Assembly (NCBI GenBank): GCA_964593235.1
Contig: CAZQGS010000033.1
Span: forward strand, 99,071-163,070
DNA: 64,000 bases
DNA from: an uncultured Gemmatimonadota bacterium
GTDB taxonomy: Bacteria; JAAXHH01
Direction of reading: 5' to 3'
Shown in pieces: positions 1-9,839 of this stretch (positions within the stretch are counted from its first letter, which is position 1; each line of letters opens with the position of its first letter). Both the position numbers and the translations under genes were made by a program. Under the pieces are notes generated by a model, which was not told the origin of the DNA, did not search any database, and worked only from the letters and a program-made list of their open reading frames with translations.

Positions 1-1
1 T

Positions 2-415
2 ATGGAGTTGTTGATGTTTCTGGAACACATAGCCCCAGATCCGGTAACTGCTAAGACATTCAAATTAGCTCGCCAGGATGAAGGCAGACATGTAGCTTAT
101 GGAATATCTCATTTTGCTTACCATATCGAAGAAGATCCTTCTATTCGTGAAACTCTCGTACGGGCCGCTGAAGAACGGACGATGTTTTTACAACAAGCTT
201 CTGGATCTAGTCCTTTTGTTTTACGAGCTATGATGGTCTTAGCCGGTGGTGGATCGCATCCAGAGCAAATTGCAAAAGGGCAGGATTTAGTTATAGGTCT
301 TTATGAGGAAATGCACCAGAAGCGTATCAGAGAGCTTACATCTATTGGTTTTGATCGTCAAACTGCCGAACGAATATCTGCATTACATGGTACGGGCGTA
401 CGAAATTTTATGTAA
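2..415 (+). CDS. C-terminal fragment of a ferritin-like di-iron carboxylate protein (gene begins left of the window)
   Basis: The ORF is open to the window edge. A DEGRH and EE..H style helix motif is typical of ferritin-like di-iron oxygenases. No closer family assignment is possible. Confidence 0.35.
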   Translation: MELLMFLEHIAPDPVTAKTFKLARQDEGRHVAYGISHFAYHIEEDPSIRETLVRAAEERTMFLQQASGSSPFVLRAMMVLAGGGSHPEQIAKGQDLVIGLYEEMHQKRIRELTSIGFDRQTAERISALHGTGVRNFM

Positions 416-454
416 TTTATCATCATGGCTATATCAGGTTAAGGTAGTGATCTA

Positions 455-826
455 ATGGGCGTTTTACGCAAATACGAAAAACACAATGGGAAAAATGAAT
501 GGGAAGGTGCAGAGGAGCTTTCTTATGAGAAAGGCGGCGCAATTGGGGGTTCAGTTAGAGTTCTCATAGGGCCAGATGACGGTGCTAACAACTTTTCGAT
601 AAGATATTTTGAGATTAAACCTAAGGGGCAATCATCGTTCGACAAACACTCTCATGATCACGGAATCTACGTACTGCAAGGTCGGGGAAGAGTTCTTGTG
701 GGTTGGGAGGTACACGAGGTTGGTCCAGGTGATGTTGTATATATTGCTCCAAATGAACAGCATCAATTTGAATGCTTAGGTGATGAACCTCTGGGCTTTC
801 TATGCGTTATCCCACCAAAGAATTAG
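455..826 (+). CDS. cupin-domain protein (cupin_2-like)
   Basis: Two-His motif HSHDHGIYVLQGRG followed by GPGDVVYIAPNEQHQF, about 120 aa, typical single-domain cupin. Confidence 0.6.
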   Translation: MGVLRKYEKHNGKNEWEGAEELSYEKGGAIGGSVRVLIGPDDGANNFSIRYFEIKPKGQSSFDKHSHDHGIYVLQGRGRVLVGWEVHEVGPGDVVYIAPNEQHQFECLGDEPLGFLCVIPPKN

Positions 827-851
827 ATTTAGACAATTCAAAATAGTGATT

Positions 852-1859
852 TTAATTTCTTTGCCGGGCCATGTTTCCCCTTCCATTAGCTATCAGATGT
901 AATTGGGTATTTAAATAGCCGTTCCGAACTTCTTCAAAGTGTGGCCCCATGATACTATGAAGATCTTTTAGAGCATGAAAAGGTACTGTAGGGATAGCAT
1001 GATGCTCAGCGTGATAGGCGTTATTCCAGTTTAACCAACGGAATAACGGAATAGTTAAAACCGTTCGAGTATTAAGTAATATATGGCGAACCCGGGAACA
1101 GCCCGTATGTTCGGACATCCTTATAAAACGCATAACTGGCTCACCCAAAAATCGAGGTACTAGCCAGTAAAGGATAATAGCTGAGGTTTCGAATCCAATT
1201 GATACAGTTCCTAGGGTTGCATAAAGCAGAAACATCCCCCAAGCTTCTATTATTACAGTTTTTTGTTCCCGTTTGGGGAGAAATTTAAGCTCGACCGAAT
1301 TAAAGCGGCCCCCAAGCATCCGGATCAAGGTTGTTAGGTTACTATAGAAATAGGGTATTCCAGTAGAATAAAAAATGTAGCCACTTAGATGTTCAGCCAT
1401 AGGAATCATTTCAGGATCATCTTCTGGTATCTGAGTATGAGAGTGGTGGGCTAGGTGCTCATATCGGAAATATGCAGGGATCAGAAATAAACTTGTTCCA
1501 GTAATCCAACCAAGTATTCGATTAGCCCAGAGCGATCTGAAAGCAGTGCCATGAGAGCATTCATGAAAAGGCGCGAAAAAGTGCACTATTATAATGCCAT
1601 GTAATACCAGAGATAGGACTAACCACCATGTTCCAAACGATACGGATACTAAATATCCAGTAGAGAGCATAGCAATTATATGGCTCATGAGGAAGAAAAT
1701 ACCCGGCAAATTTTTTCTTTGAAGCAGTTCGGTCAATTTTTCAGAAGAAACAATATCGGTTAGTTTTATAGTTTTTGAGTTCATGATTTCTTTTAACAGA
1801 ACCCTTTCGTAGAAAGGGTTCCCTAAATTTATTTTCTTCAGGCTTGAGATGGTTGACAA
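852..1859 (-). CDS. membrane fatty-acid desaturase family protein (di-iron His-box enzyme)
   Basis: Three His boxes (HECSH, HLAHH, HAEHH) plus hydrophobic membrane segments. Confidence 0.75.
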   Translation of the reverse strand: MSTISSLKKINLGNPFYERVLLKEIMNSKTIKLTDIVSSEKLTELLQRKNLPGIFFLMSHIIAMLSTGYLVSVSFGTWWLVLSLVLHGIIIVHFFAPFHECSHGTAFRSLWANRILGWITGTSLFLIPAYFRYEHLAHHSHTQIPEDDPEMIPMAEHLSGYIFYSTGIPYFYSNLTTLIRMLGGRFNSVELKFLPKREQKTVIIEAWGMFLLYATLGTVSIGFETSAIILYWLVPRFLGEPVMRFIRMSEHTGCSRVRHILLNTRTVLTIPLFRWLNWNNAYHAEHHAIPTVPFHALKDLHSIMGPHFEEVRNGYLNTQLHLIANGRGNMARQRN

Positions 1860-1868
1860 AATTCATAT

Positions 1869-2417
1869 TTATCTAGTTTGGTTTGCTCGGTTATCAATTT
1901 CTACTATACCTTTTTCCAAATCAAAACGACAAGTTTTTTGTTTCTCAACATCCCCTAATGTTACTCGGATGAAGAATGCTCCATCAGGGTAGTCGATAGA
2001 GTGAATGTCACCTGGACCAAAAGCGGTAGCCTTCCCAGAATTGACTATATATTCTTCTACAAGTTTGAGTTGAGCGGGCCCTACAGCACCTCCATTATCT
2101 ATTCTGTTCCATCGCCTCATCAAGGTATGCCCTGTGTAGTTGCCGTAGATAACACTGCAAGGTCCGTGGTCATGAGGGGAGGATTTTCCACCTTTCAGAC
2201 CTCCATGGATAATAACGTAGGTGTCAACCTCGGGGTCGTGTCCTATAATCGTACGGCCTCTATAGCTATCCATATCCACATACTTTTCCAATAAATTAGA
2301 TTGCTTGAGCAATAACTCGGTTTTTTCTCTTATGGCTTCGAGTCCTTCTCTGATTTCATTTTTTTCTAAAATTAAATGAACATCTTTTAAAAGGTTGTCG
2401 ACTGTATATTCTATCAT
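1869..2417 (-). CDS. cysteine-dioxygenase-like cupin protein
   Basis: PHDHG...GHTL metal-binding cupin pattern resembling CDO type I. 182 aa. Confidence 0.45.
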   Translation of the reverse strand: MIEYTVDNLLKDVHLILEKNEIREGLEAIREKTELLLKQSNLLEKYVDMDSYRGRTIIGHDPEVDTYVIIHGGLKGGKSSPHDHGPCSVIYGNYTGHTLMRRWNRIDNGGAVGPAQLKLVEEYIVNSGKATAFGPGDIHSIDYPDGAFFIRVTLGDVEKQKTCRFDLEKGIVEIDNRANQTR

Positions 2418-2611
2418 AAGTGCCTCTTGATAATTTAGTTTTATTATTTAATGATAAATAGCCTTGCATTTCAATAGAGATTATAATATACTTTGTCTCT
2501 ATATTTCCATTCAAAAAAATAAAAATAGATGATATACAACTAAAACCCACCGACTTCTATAAACACTCCATGTCAATAGATTACAAGTTAAATTACGGAG
2601 GAGTTAGGATT

Positions 2612-3202
2612 ATGATTTTAAGAAAAAAAAATTACCTGACCTTTTTTATAGCTTTAATTATGCTGGTAACAGTTCCAATTGCTCATGCACAGTCAATTTC
2701 GGATGCAAAGGCCAAAGTCGATGAGATGCCAGATGACCCACCACGTCATTATAATCTTGGAATTGCTTATTATAAGGATGGGCAGTACTCGGATGCTATC
2801 GCAGCTTTAAAAAAAGCTGTGGAATTAAGAGGAGACTATAAAGAAGCATATTATATGATGGGTTTATCTCAACAAAAAACAGGCCAGAGTTCGAATGCCA
2901 TTAAATCTTTGAAACAAGCTACCCAAATTGACGCTAGTTATGCAGATGCCCATGCCGCATTGGCTAGTTCTTATGGGAAGATCAAAAGCAACAATAACGC
3001 TATCCGTTCTTACCGAGCAGCAATTAGAATTAACGGGAAGAAGGCAATGTGGCATTATAATCTGGGAATTTTGTACCAAACCCGAGAAGATTATACTAAC
3101 GCAATCAAGTCCTATGAAAGTTATCTAAAATTAGCTCCTAGGGCGAGGAACGCTAAGTCAATAAGAACAATTGTTGAACAGATGAAAGATGCTATTAAGT
3201 AA
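2612..3202 (+). CDS. secreted TPR-repeat protein
   Basis: N-terminal signal peptide (LTFFIALIMLVTVPIAHA) followed by four TPR-like 34-aa repeats (Y/A-x-x-G/A-x-A pattern). GGAGGAG RBS before ATG 2612; the ORF-track start 2570 is probably upstream of the true start. Confidence 0.65.
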   Translation: MILRKKNYLTFFIALIMLVTVPIAHAQSISDAKAKVDEMPDDPPRHYNLGIAYYKDGQYSDAIAALKKAVELRGDYKEAYYMMGLSQQKTGQSSNAIKSLKQATQIDASYADAHAALASSYGKIKSNNNAIRSYRAAIRINGKKAMWHYNLGILYQTREDYTNAIKSYESYLKLAPRARNAKSIRTIVEQMKDAIK

Positions 3203-3224
3203 TATCCAAGATATTAATAAAATT

Positions 3225-4880
3225 TCATTTAGCAATATAGGCTCGTGTATAGTCCATAGCTCCAACTGTTCCATCCGGGTTTTTCGGAATGCCTTTTACC
3301 CAGCGTTTTCTCAGTTCTAAGTTAACAGGATGGAATAGAAATCCACCGGCATAATCTGATACCATAACATCCTCAGCTTCAAAATAAAGAGCTCGCCGCT
3401 TATCGACGTCAAGTTCTGCTGCAGCATTTTCTACTAGCCTATCAAATTTTGTATTCAGCCAGTCTGACCTGCCAAAGCCTCTTGGCTGTGAATGCCAAAT
3501 CATATCAAGCATATTGCGGGGATCAAGATAATCGGCATAAAAAACAATCAGGCCCAGATTCATTCGCCAGTTGTACATGTTATTCATATACATTGTTCTA
3601 TCAGCTGCACGGATGGTGATGTCAATGCCAAGATTATCTTTAAGCATAGCCATAATAGCTTCGCTGACCCGCTTTATAGTAGGAGTAGGCGCTCTTAGCC
3701 AAAGTTCTTGTCTCGGAAACCCTCGGCCCCGAGGATAACCAGCTTCTTTAATTAATTCTTTTGCTCGACTAGGGTTATAAGATTGGTGACTTTTTAATGC
3801 AGGCCCATTAAAATCTTCAAACTCAGGCGGGATCATAGAATAAGCAGGTACCGCGGTTCCCCCGAGGAGTATTTCACAGATCACATTACGATCGATAGCC
3901 CGAGTAAAGGCTTCTCGAACTCTAACATCATCAAAAGGCGGCTGACGAGTTCGGAAAAAAAGATACCAAGATCCTCGAGCAGCAACTTTTACAAGGTCAG
4001 GTGCAAGGTTTGGGTCAGCCATAATCCGGGGCATATCGGTAACATCAACCAGTTCCCGATCTACTTCGTTATTTTCGTATGGTAATATGGTAGCAACAGC
4101 AGCGTCACGGAAGGGGTGAATGACCTTTTCCAGAAATGGCATGTGGGGACCGTTATACATTGGGTCTGGAACAAAAGTCATATGGCTGCCAGTCAACCAC
4201 TCTGAGACTTTGAAGCCGGAATTAGAAACTATGTTTTCTAAACGGGTCCATTTTCGACCATGTTTCTCCACTTGCCACTGGGGGACTGGCAAGGCATTCC
4301 CGTAGGAAACAATATAAGGAAGATATGCGGCAGGTTTTTCTGTTTCTATTATGAGTGTGTAATCATCTTTAGCCGTGACCCCCAATTGAGTTAGATCTTT
4401 GATATCACCTCTGTTTATAGCTTGCGCATTTTTGAAATCATAATAAAAAAATCCGTATGGATTAGCTTCTGTGGGATCTAACATTCTTCGGAATGAATAA
4501 ACGAAGTCATGGGCAGTAACCGGTCTTCCATCACTCCAGCGAGCTCCTTTTCTTAAATAAAATGTCCAAGTTTTACCATCAGGGGAGGATTCATATCTAT
4601 CAGCTGCCGCTGGTTCGGGATACCAGCTTGGGTCTCTGCGGAGGAGTGGTTCGAATGGGATGATAGTATCTTCCGTATCATAGTCGTTAATGGCAGAGTC
4701 AAGGGTCCTTGGTTCCGGACTCATGAATCTTATAACTTGCTTGCTTTTGGGGGCTGCATCTGGGGGTAAATCTTTGATTGAAGAATTACTTGAACTATTA
4801 TTTTCCGCGAAAAGGACTATGGGTATTATGACGAGAGTAGTAGTTACAAAGTACCAGATAAATTTTCCTTTGGGTAACAT
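3225..4880 (-). CDS. ABC transporter substrate-binding protein, family 5 (peptide/nickel/opine type)
   Basis: 551 aa with an N-terminal signal/anchor. Overall SBP_bac_5-like composition and length. Confidence 0.75.
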   Translation of the reverse strand: MLPKGKFIWYFVTTTLVIIPIVLFAENNSSSNSSIKDLPPDAAPKSKQVIRFMSPEPRTLDSAINDYDTEDTIIPFEPLLRRDPSWYPEPAAADRYESSPDGKTWTFYLRKGARWSDGRPVTAHDFVYSFRRMLDPTEANPYGFFYYDFKNAQAINRGDIKDLTQLGVTAKDDYTLIIETEKPAAYLPYIVSYGNALPVPQWQVEKHGRKWTRLENIVSNSGFKVSEWLTGSHMTFVPDPMYNGPHMPFLEKVIHPFRDAAVATILPYENNEVDRELVDVTDMPRIMADPNLAPDLVKVAARGSWYLFFRTRQPPFDDVRVREAFTRAIDRNVICEILLGGTAVPAYSMIPPEFEDFNGPALKSHQSYNPSRAKELIKEAGYPRGRGFPRQELWLRAPTPTIKRVSEAIMAMLKDNLGIDITIRAADRTMYMNNMYNWRMNLGLIVFYADYLDPRNMLDMIWHSQPRGFGRSDWLNTKFDRLVENAAAELDVDKRRALYFEAEDVMVSDYAGGFLFHPVNLELRKRWVKGIPKNPDGTVGAMDYTRAYIAK

Positions 4881-4925
4881 ATTTTTTCCTGTTTCTTTTG
4901 TTAAATTAATAAACTTTGATATTAG

Positions 4926-6251
4926 TTAAGAATTTTCTAATACTTCATTCATGGCTCCGACCAAGCCGTCGATATGTGTTTCATCCATAGAAATAGATAA
5001 GCTGTTCATAACTAATCCGTTTGAAAGATTAAACCCTTTATTTAATAAGGCAAGAAATATTCCAGCTCCAGTCTGTCTGTCAGCCGAAGTTGTATCTCGA
5101 TAGGTTCTAACTGGTCCCGCTGTAAAATAGATACTAAAAGTTGATCCAGATGCAACGACGGTTACATCAGTTTTAGTACTTTTGAAAACGTCTGTAAGCC
5201 CTGATACTAATCGGTCAGTTAAATAATCGAGTTTATCGTAGACCTCAGATGTTAGTTCATTTAACATAGCTAGCCCTGCTGCCATTGCCACAGGATGTCC
5301 ACTAAAAGTTCCACTTTGAGATAGACGGGGTTTCCCTTGAGTGGGGTCAAGCATACTCATTAGTTCTTTCCTTCCACCAAAGGCTCCAATTGGAAACCCA
5401 CCACCAATGATCTTCCCATAGGTAGTAAGGTCTGGAATAATGCCACATTGAGATTGAACTCCCCCGATTGCTGACCGGAAACCGACAATTTCATCAAATA
5501 TAAGGAGAATATCATATTTTCGAGTGATATCTCGAATAGCTCTTATAAAATCGAAACGTTGGGGTATTACACCAGTCCTTGGATCAAGTATAACAGCTGC
5601 CAGCCTGTCTTTGTTTTCTTTGATTATTGCTTCTGACGCTATTTCATTGTCTAAAGGAAGTACAATTACATTTTCAGTTGTATTGGGTGGCATACCCCCA
5701 GCTCCGCGGACTGGTTTGGGGCGTGTTGCTGAACCAGCTAATTTGGTATCGGGAGCAACGCTTATTTCAACACTATCATGACTCCCATGATATCCTCCTT
5801 CAAACTTGCCGATTATATGACGACCTGTAATTTCCCTAGCTAGGCGGATAGTATGGAGGGTTGCCTCTGTTCCTGAATTGCAAAATCGCACCATATCAAG
5901 AGATTTGACCCGGTCGCATAGTGCTTTAGCTAATGATGTTTCTTTTCCCATTGGGCTACCTACAGCAATGCCCTGTTTTAATTGATCCTCGACTGCCCGG
6001 ATTACTGCTGGATGATTGTGGCCTAAAATCTGAGTGGTATGGTGATTTGCAAAATCCACATATCGGTTTCCATCCAAATCATAGAGAAAACAGCTTTCTG
6101 CTCGTTCAATTGTAATAGGGTATGGAGCATAGTAGTAAGCACCTTTAGCAACGCCCGGCATTACTTGCCCGGAAAGTTGGAATGCTTTGAAGGAGCAGGG
6201 GGTTCTACTTTTATATACGGCTTGTATTGAGGCTATCTGGGATGGTGTCAT
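4926..6251 (-). CDS. class-III (GSA-aminomutase-like) PLP aminotransferase
   Basis: NSGTEATLHTIRLAREITGR..KFEGGYHG and FDEIVGFR motifs match glutamate-1-semialdehyde aminomutase / class III aminotransferases. Confidence 0.8.
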   Translation of the reverse strand: MTPSQIASIQAVYKSRTPCSFKAFQLSGQVMPGVAKGAYYYAPYPITIERAESCFLYDLDGNRYVDFANHHTTQILGHNHPAVIRAVEDQLKQGIAVGSPMGKETSLAKALCDRVKSLDMVRFCNSGTEATLHTIRLAREITGRHIIGKFEGGYHGSHDSVEISVAPDTKLAGSATRPKPVRGAGGMPPNTTENVIVLPLDNEIASEAIIKENKDRLAAVILDPRTGVIPQRFDFIRAIRDITRKYDILLIFDEIVGFRSAIGGVQSQCGIIPDLTTYGKIIGGGFPIGAFGGRKELMSMLDPTQGKPRLSQSGTFSGHPVAMAAGLAMLNELTSEVYDKLDYLTDRLVSGLTDVFKSTKTDVTVVASGSTFSIYFTAGPVRTYRDTTSADRQTGAGIFLALLNKGFNLSNGLVMNSLSISMDETHIDGLVGAMNEVLENS

Positions 6252-6295
6252 AATATATTAGAGTCCTTATAGGGATATTCCCCTTAGTAACTTTT

Positions 6296-7060
6296 TCAAA
6301 ATTGGTAGGCTTCCCAGAGAGCTTTGTAATAGCCCATCAGTCTTTCAGGCTCCTTACTCTGGCCTATTTCAGCTAGGGTATATCCTGTATAGTTATCACC
6401 TTTTAATAGGCAAAATAGTTCACGCCAAGGATACTCAGACTGATAAATCTCCGTAATATGAACTAAGCTAATCTTATGTCTTAATAACTCATAGTTATAT
6501 CCGATCGATCCATCTATTACTTCACCAAAATTAGAGTTCCAACATATTCGAGCATTTGAATGGTCAGCGTGATCCATGATGGTTCGCATTCGGGAGGGAT
6601 CTTGCGTTCCTTGACCGTGAACCTCGACTCTAATTTCTACCCCGATTGCTTCACATTTTTGGGCACAAACACCTATAGAATTTCCTATCTGTTCAAGAGT
6701 TTTTTCTTCAGGGATACCCTCCGCTATTTGTAAGCCGTTGGGCCGAACCTTTATACCCTTGCAGCCTAAATCAGCAGCTAAATTAGCATATTGCAGGGTA
6801 CCCTCAATATTCTTTTTAACCTCAAAAGGGTCTACAGCATGATACTCAAAAGCTGTCCCAAGTCCTACTATATCTACCCCGCTCTCCTTAAATAATTTTT
6901 TTATGTTTCTTCTTTCACTTTTCCCTAACTCAGTTTCAACACCATGGGCATGACTAGTTCTGAGTTCCACTCCTGTAAAACCTGTTTTCTGACACATGTC
7001 AATGATAGTTGGAAGATTCCAATCTTGACCAATTTGATATGTTACAAAACCAAGTTTCAT
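6296..7060 (-). CDS. sugar phosphate isomerase/epimerase (xylose-isomerase-like TIM barrel)
   Basis: 254 aa. MKLGFVTYQ...GFTGVEL start typical of the AP endonuclease 2 / xylose isomerase-like fold. Confidence 0.6.
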   Translation of the reverse strand: MKLGFVTYQIGQDWNLPTIIDMCQKTGFTGVELRTSHAHGVETELGKSERRNIKKLFKESGVDIVGLGTAFEYHAVDPFEVKKNIEGTLQYANLAADLGCKGIKVRPNGLQIAEGIPEEKTLEQIGNSIGVCAQKCEAIGVEIRVEVHGQGTQDPSRMRTIMDHADHSNARICWNSNFGEVIDGSIGYNYELLRHKISLVHITEIYQSEYPWRELFCLLKGDNYTGYTLAEIGQSKEPERLMGYYKALWEAYQF

Positions 7061-7071
7061 TTGGCCTTCCC

Positions 7072-8175
7072 TTAATTTTTATTGGCCCGGATACGAGCAG
7101 GAATATGATCTCTTTGAATTTCGTGAGAAAGGATCCTCAGAGTACGATCTTTTACAGGCAATTGAATTTTTTGACCACCCCTTCGGTGAGATTCTCGGAG
7201 AGCGACAGCAACTTCCAGTGCTTCCAGACCATCAATACCAGAACATTTAGGTGGATGTCCATTTTCTATTGACGAAATGAGATCTGATAGTATTGTTAGC
7301 CCCATCCCCGGATAATGAGCTGGCCAAGGGAATGGTATTCGGGCTGGCAGTCCCCTGCCAAGTAATCCACCAGGATGTAACTTGGTTAATTCTACGTCCT
7401 GGCCATTGGCAAATGATCGAAAACGGCCTTCAGTCCCAATAACATCAATTTCCCAATTTGCCATACCACAATTCATACCACGGATGTAGGCCCGTACACC
7501 ATTATCAAACGCTAAGTAGCCATTACCCATTAGATCCTGTTCAGATTGGGCAGCTTGATCAGATTCCATTTCACCATATACCCAATCAACGCTTCCACCA
7601 GCCATAAAACGGACTATATCTATCAGATGGCTACCATTATGTGAAAGTCCACATTGACCGTAGCCGGTAACTTGGACAATTTTGCCAAGTTCGTTTTCTT
7701 CAATCATAGTTTTAGCTTTGGAAAAGAAAGGATGCCATCGCCGGGCACAATTGATAGCTAATACAACTTGGTGCTTGGAACAGGTTTCTACCATTGCATC
7801 AGCCTCTGCTAGAGATAAGGCGATAGGTTTTTCTGCCCAAATTGCTTTAATACCTGTTTTTGCTGCATCCTGAACAATCTGTCCCCTGATCCGCGCAGTA
7901 GTGCATATACTAAGTAGATCAAGTTTTTCCTTTTCTAGCATTTCTCGGTAGTCATCGTAAAGGTGACCTTTTTGAATCCCCCATCGATCACCAAATAAGT
8001 TACGTTGTTCATCATTGGTATCGGCACCAGCAACTAAATGAACATTGGGAGCAGCGTGATATGAAGGAGCGTGGCAGTATGGTAGAAAAACGGAGCCACC
8101 CATTTCTACTTCGTCGTCAAACGTACTACCCATACGGCCTAGGCCAATAACTGCAGCTCGGTATAATTTAGTCAT
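7072..8175 (-). CDS. Gfo/Idh/MocA family oxidoreductase
   Basis: N-terminal Rossmann motif AVIGLGRMG and a length of 367 aa. Confidence 0.8.
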   Translation of the reverse strand: MTKLYRAAVIGLGRMGSTFDDEVEMGGSVFLPYCHAPSYHAAPNVHLVAGADTNDEQRNLFGDRWGIQKGHLYDDYREMLEKEKLDLLSICTTARIRGQIVQDAAKTGIKAIWAEKPIALSLAEADAMVETCSKHQVVLAINCARRWHPFFSKAKTMIEENELGKIVQVTGYGQCGLSHNGSHLIDIVRFMAGGSVDWVYGEMESDQAAQSEQDLMGNGYLAFDNGVRAYIRGMNCGMANWEIDVIGTEGRFRSFANGQDVELTKLHPGGLLGRGLPARIPFPWPAHYPGMGLTILSDLISSIENGHPPKCSGIDGLEALEVAVALRESHRRGGQKIQLPVKDRTLRILSHEIQRDHIPARIRANKN

Positions 8176-8508
8176 TTGCCTCTATTATTCCCCCAAAAGT
8201 TAAGGTTTTGAACTAAATAATCATCTTCCTATTAGCTACATTATGATTATATAATAGGGGATGGCGCTGGACAAGAAACAAATAGGTCTCTTGTTGAATT
8301 TGTTAAGCCAAGAAGCTGGTTAATCTTGGGACTTTAAAGCCAATTTAAAGAAAGTGATATTTGCCATCGAATGGGAATGATAGAAATAGAAACAAAAAAC
8401 TTTGACACTTGATTAATGTTTAAAAATATATAGAGCCTTTAAGGAGTTGAGTTTACAGGCTATTTTAGTAATGTAGCTATTGATTAGCAAAGTAGATTGG
8501 TTAGTTGG

Positions 8509-9021
8509 CTAATGAGGATTACAGACATTTTTTTTGTCTGACCAAAAGCGACCCCAGTCCTCTAAATAATTAGTACTACTCCATTCTTTTTTATGGCCAA
8601 CGTTTAAGCAAATTTTGATTCCAAGTTCATTACAAATATCCCATTCGGGTATATTAGATTTATCTTTCCGGTCACCACCTTTTGTAAAAATGTGGGGACG
8701 AATTATCCTTAAAGCCTCTCGAACTGTATCATCTTTTTGTGTTTCGAAAGGAATGACAAAATCAACGTTACGAATATAGGAAACGATTTCACATCTAGTT
8801 TTTAGGTCCATAAAAGCCTGGCCTTTTTTATGACGAAGGAAATCATCCCCATTGACAATCACAACCAAGGTATCTCCATAAACTGCAGATTCTAGTAAGC
8901 AAGATAGGTGTCCTGGATGTACTGGATCGTACCCACCTGAAGTAGCAACAATAGTGCCGAGGTTTTTTCTGATTTTAGCAAATTCTTTCAATTGAATAAC
9001 AGGGGCTGTGTTAGGTTTCAT
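8509..9021 (-). CDS. cytidylyltransferase-like (HxGH nucleotidyltransferase) protein
   Basis: GGYDPVHPGH HIGH-type motif as in TagD/RfaE-domain-II cytidylyl/adenylyltransferases. Has an unusual Trp-rich C-terminal tail. Confidence 0.55.
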   Translation of the reverse strand: MKPNTAPVIQLKEFAKIRKNLGTIVATSGGYDPVHPGHLSCLLESAVYGDTLVVIVNGDDFLRHKKGQAFMDLKTRCEIVSYIRNVDFVIPFETQKDDTVREALRIIRPHIFTKGGDRKDKSNIPEWDICNELGIKICLNVGHKKEWSSTNYLEDWGRFWSDKKNVCNPH

Positions 9022-9048
9022 AAAAGCATCTCAATAATTTATTAGATG

Positions 9049-9588
9049 TTAGAGTTTAATTACCTGTTCTATTTGTTGTTTATTAAAGATCAGAGTTTTC
9101 TTCTGATTATTAATCTTAATATGTACCAGATTAATTTGGTTTTCTGAAATATCGAAGAGTAGTGTGTTTTTTAGAATGATTGAATTTAAGACTGAAACAT
9201 TCGATATTTCTAGGTAACACCAAGTAAGTTGGGTATCTATTTCTTTTCCTAGGAATATTGGATGCCTTCTTGTCCCATTAATTTCAAGATTTGTATTTAG
9301 AGCGATATAGCGACTAATGTATTCATTAGCTTTTTTAGCTTCGTGCTTTTCTCCAAGGTAAATTTGACCAGTCCCGTTTATTTCGAGCGCTTGCTCCAAG
9401 TCATCAGTAAAAAACTGAAAGGATATTTCCAAAGTATTGGTATCAATGTTGTGATTGATGCTACAGACACTGATGTAAAACGGGTGGTTCCTATTTACTA
9501 TATGTTCTGATGCTACAGTAAGCATTGTTTCTATCATCCCAACTAGACAGATAACAAAATAAATCAGTTTTGTACGGGGGGAACACAT
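9049..9588 (-). CDS. hypothetical secreted protein
   Basis: N-terminal signal peptide and no recognisable catalytic motif. Divergently paired with the M1 peptidase. Confidence 0.35.
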   Translation of the reverse strand: MCSPRTKLIYFVICLVGMIETMLTVASEHIVNRNHPFYISVCSINHNIDTNTLEISFQFFTDDLEQALEINGTGQIYLGEKHEAKKANEYISRYIALNTNLEINGTRRHPIFLGKEIDTQLTWCYLEISNVSVLNSIILKNTLLFDISENQINLVHIKINNQKKTLIFNKQQIEQVIKL

Positions 9589-9839
9589 TGACCATTCCTA
9601 TTTTTTTACGAAAAAGACCGGTGTTGTATCTAATTCGAACATATCTAAAGATTTATAACTTTGCAAATATATTTCAAAAGGTGTTGTAGTATGTTTATCT
9701 GTTTCAAGTAAACAATCTAATCGATATCCACCCAATGTGACTCTTTACAATTTCTAAATAAATGTGTATATCCACAAGATACTTGATTCCCTGACTGATA
9801 ATGCCCCTAAATTTTGGGGGAGGAAGAAAAGAGCAGATT

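Noticed and set aside
2001-3128. Several short ORFs on the opposite strand or frame of longer genes. Examples are 2001..2294, 2864..3079, 2928..3128, 12991..13380 and the many 60-110-aa ORFs embedded in larger CDSs throughout the window.
   Set aside because: They are shadow ORFs inside well-supported CDSs, with no RBS or motif support. They are typical artefacts of six-frame translation.
4926-6251. Annotating the class-III aminotransferase as hemL (tetrapyrrole biosynthesis).
   Set aside because: GSA-aminomutase-like motifs are shared across class-III aminotransferases. The context is a peptide SBP and a sugar isomerase with no hem genes, so the hemL symbol is not justified.
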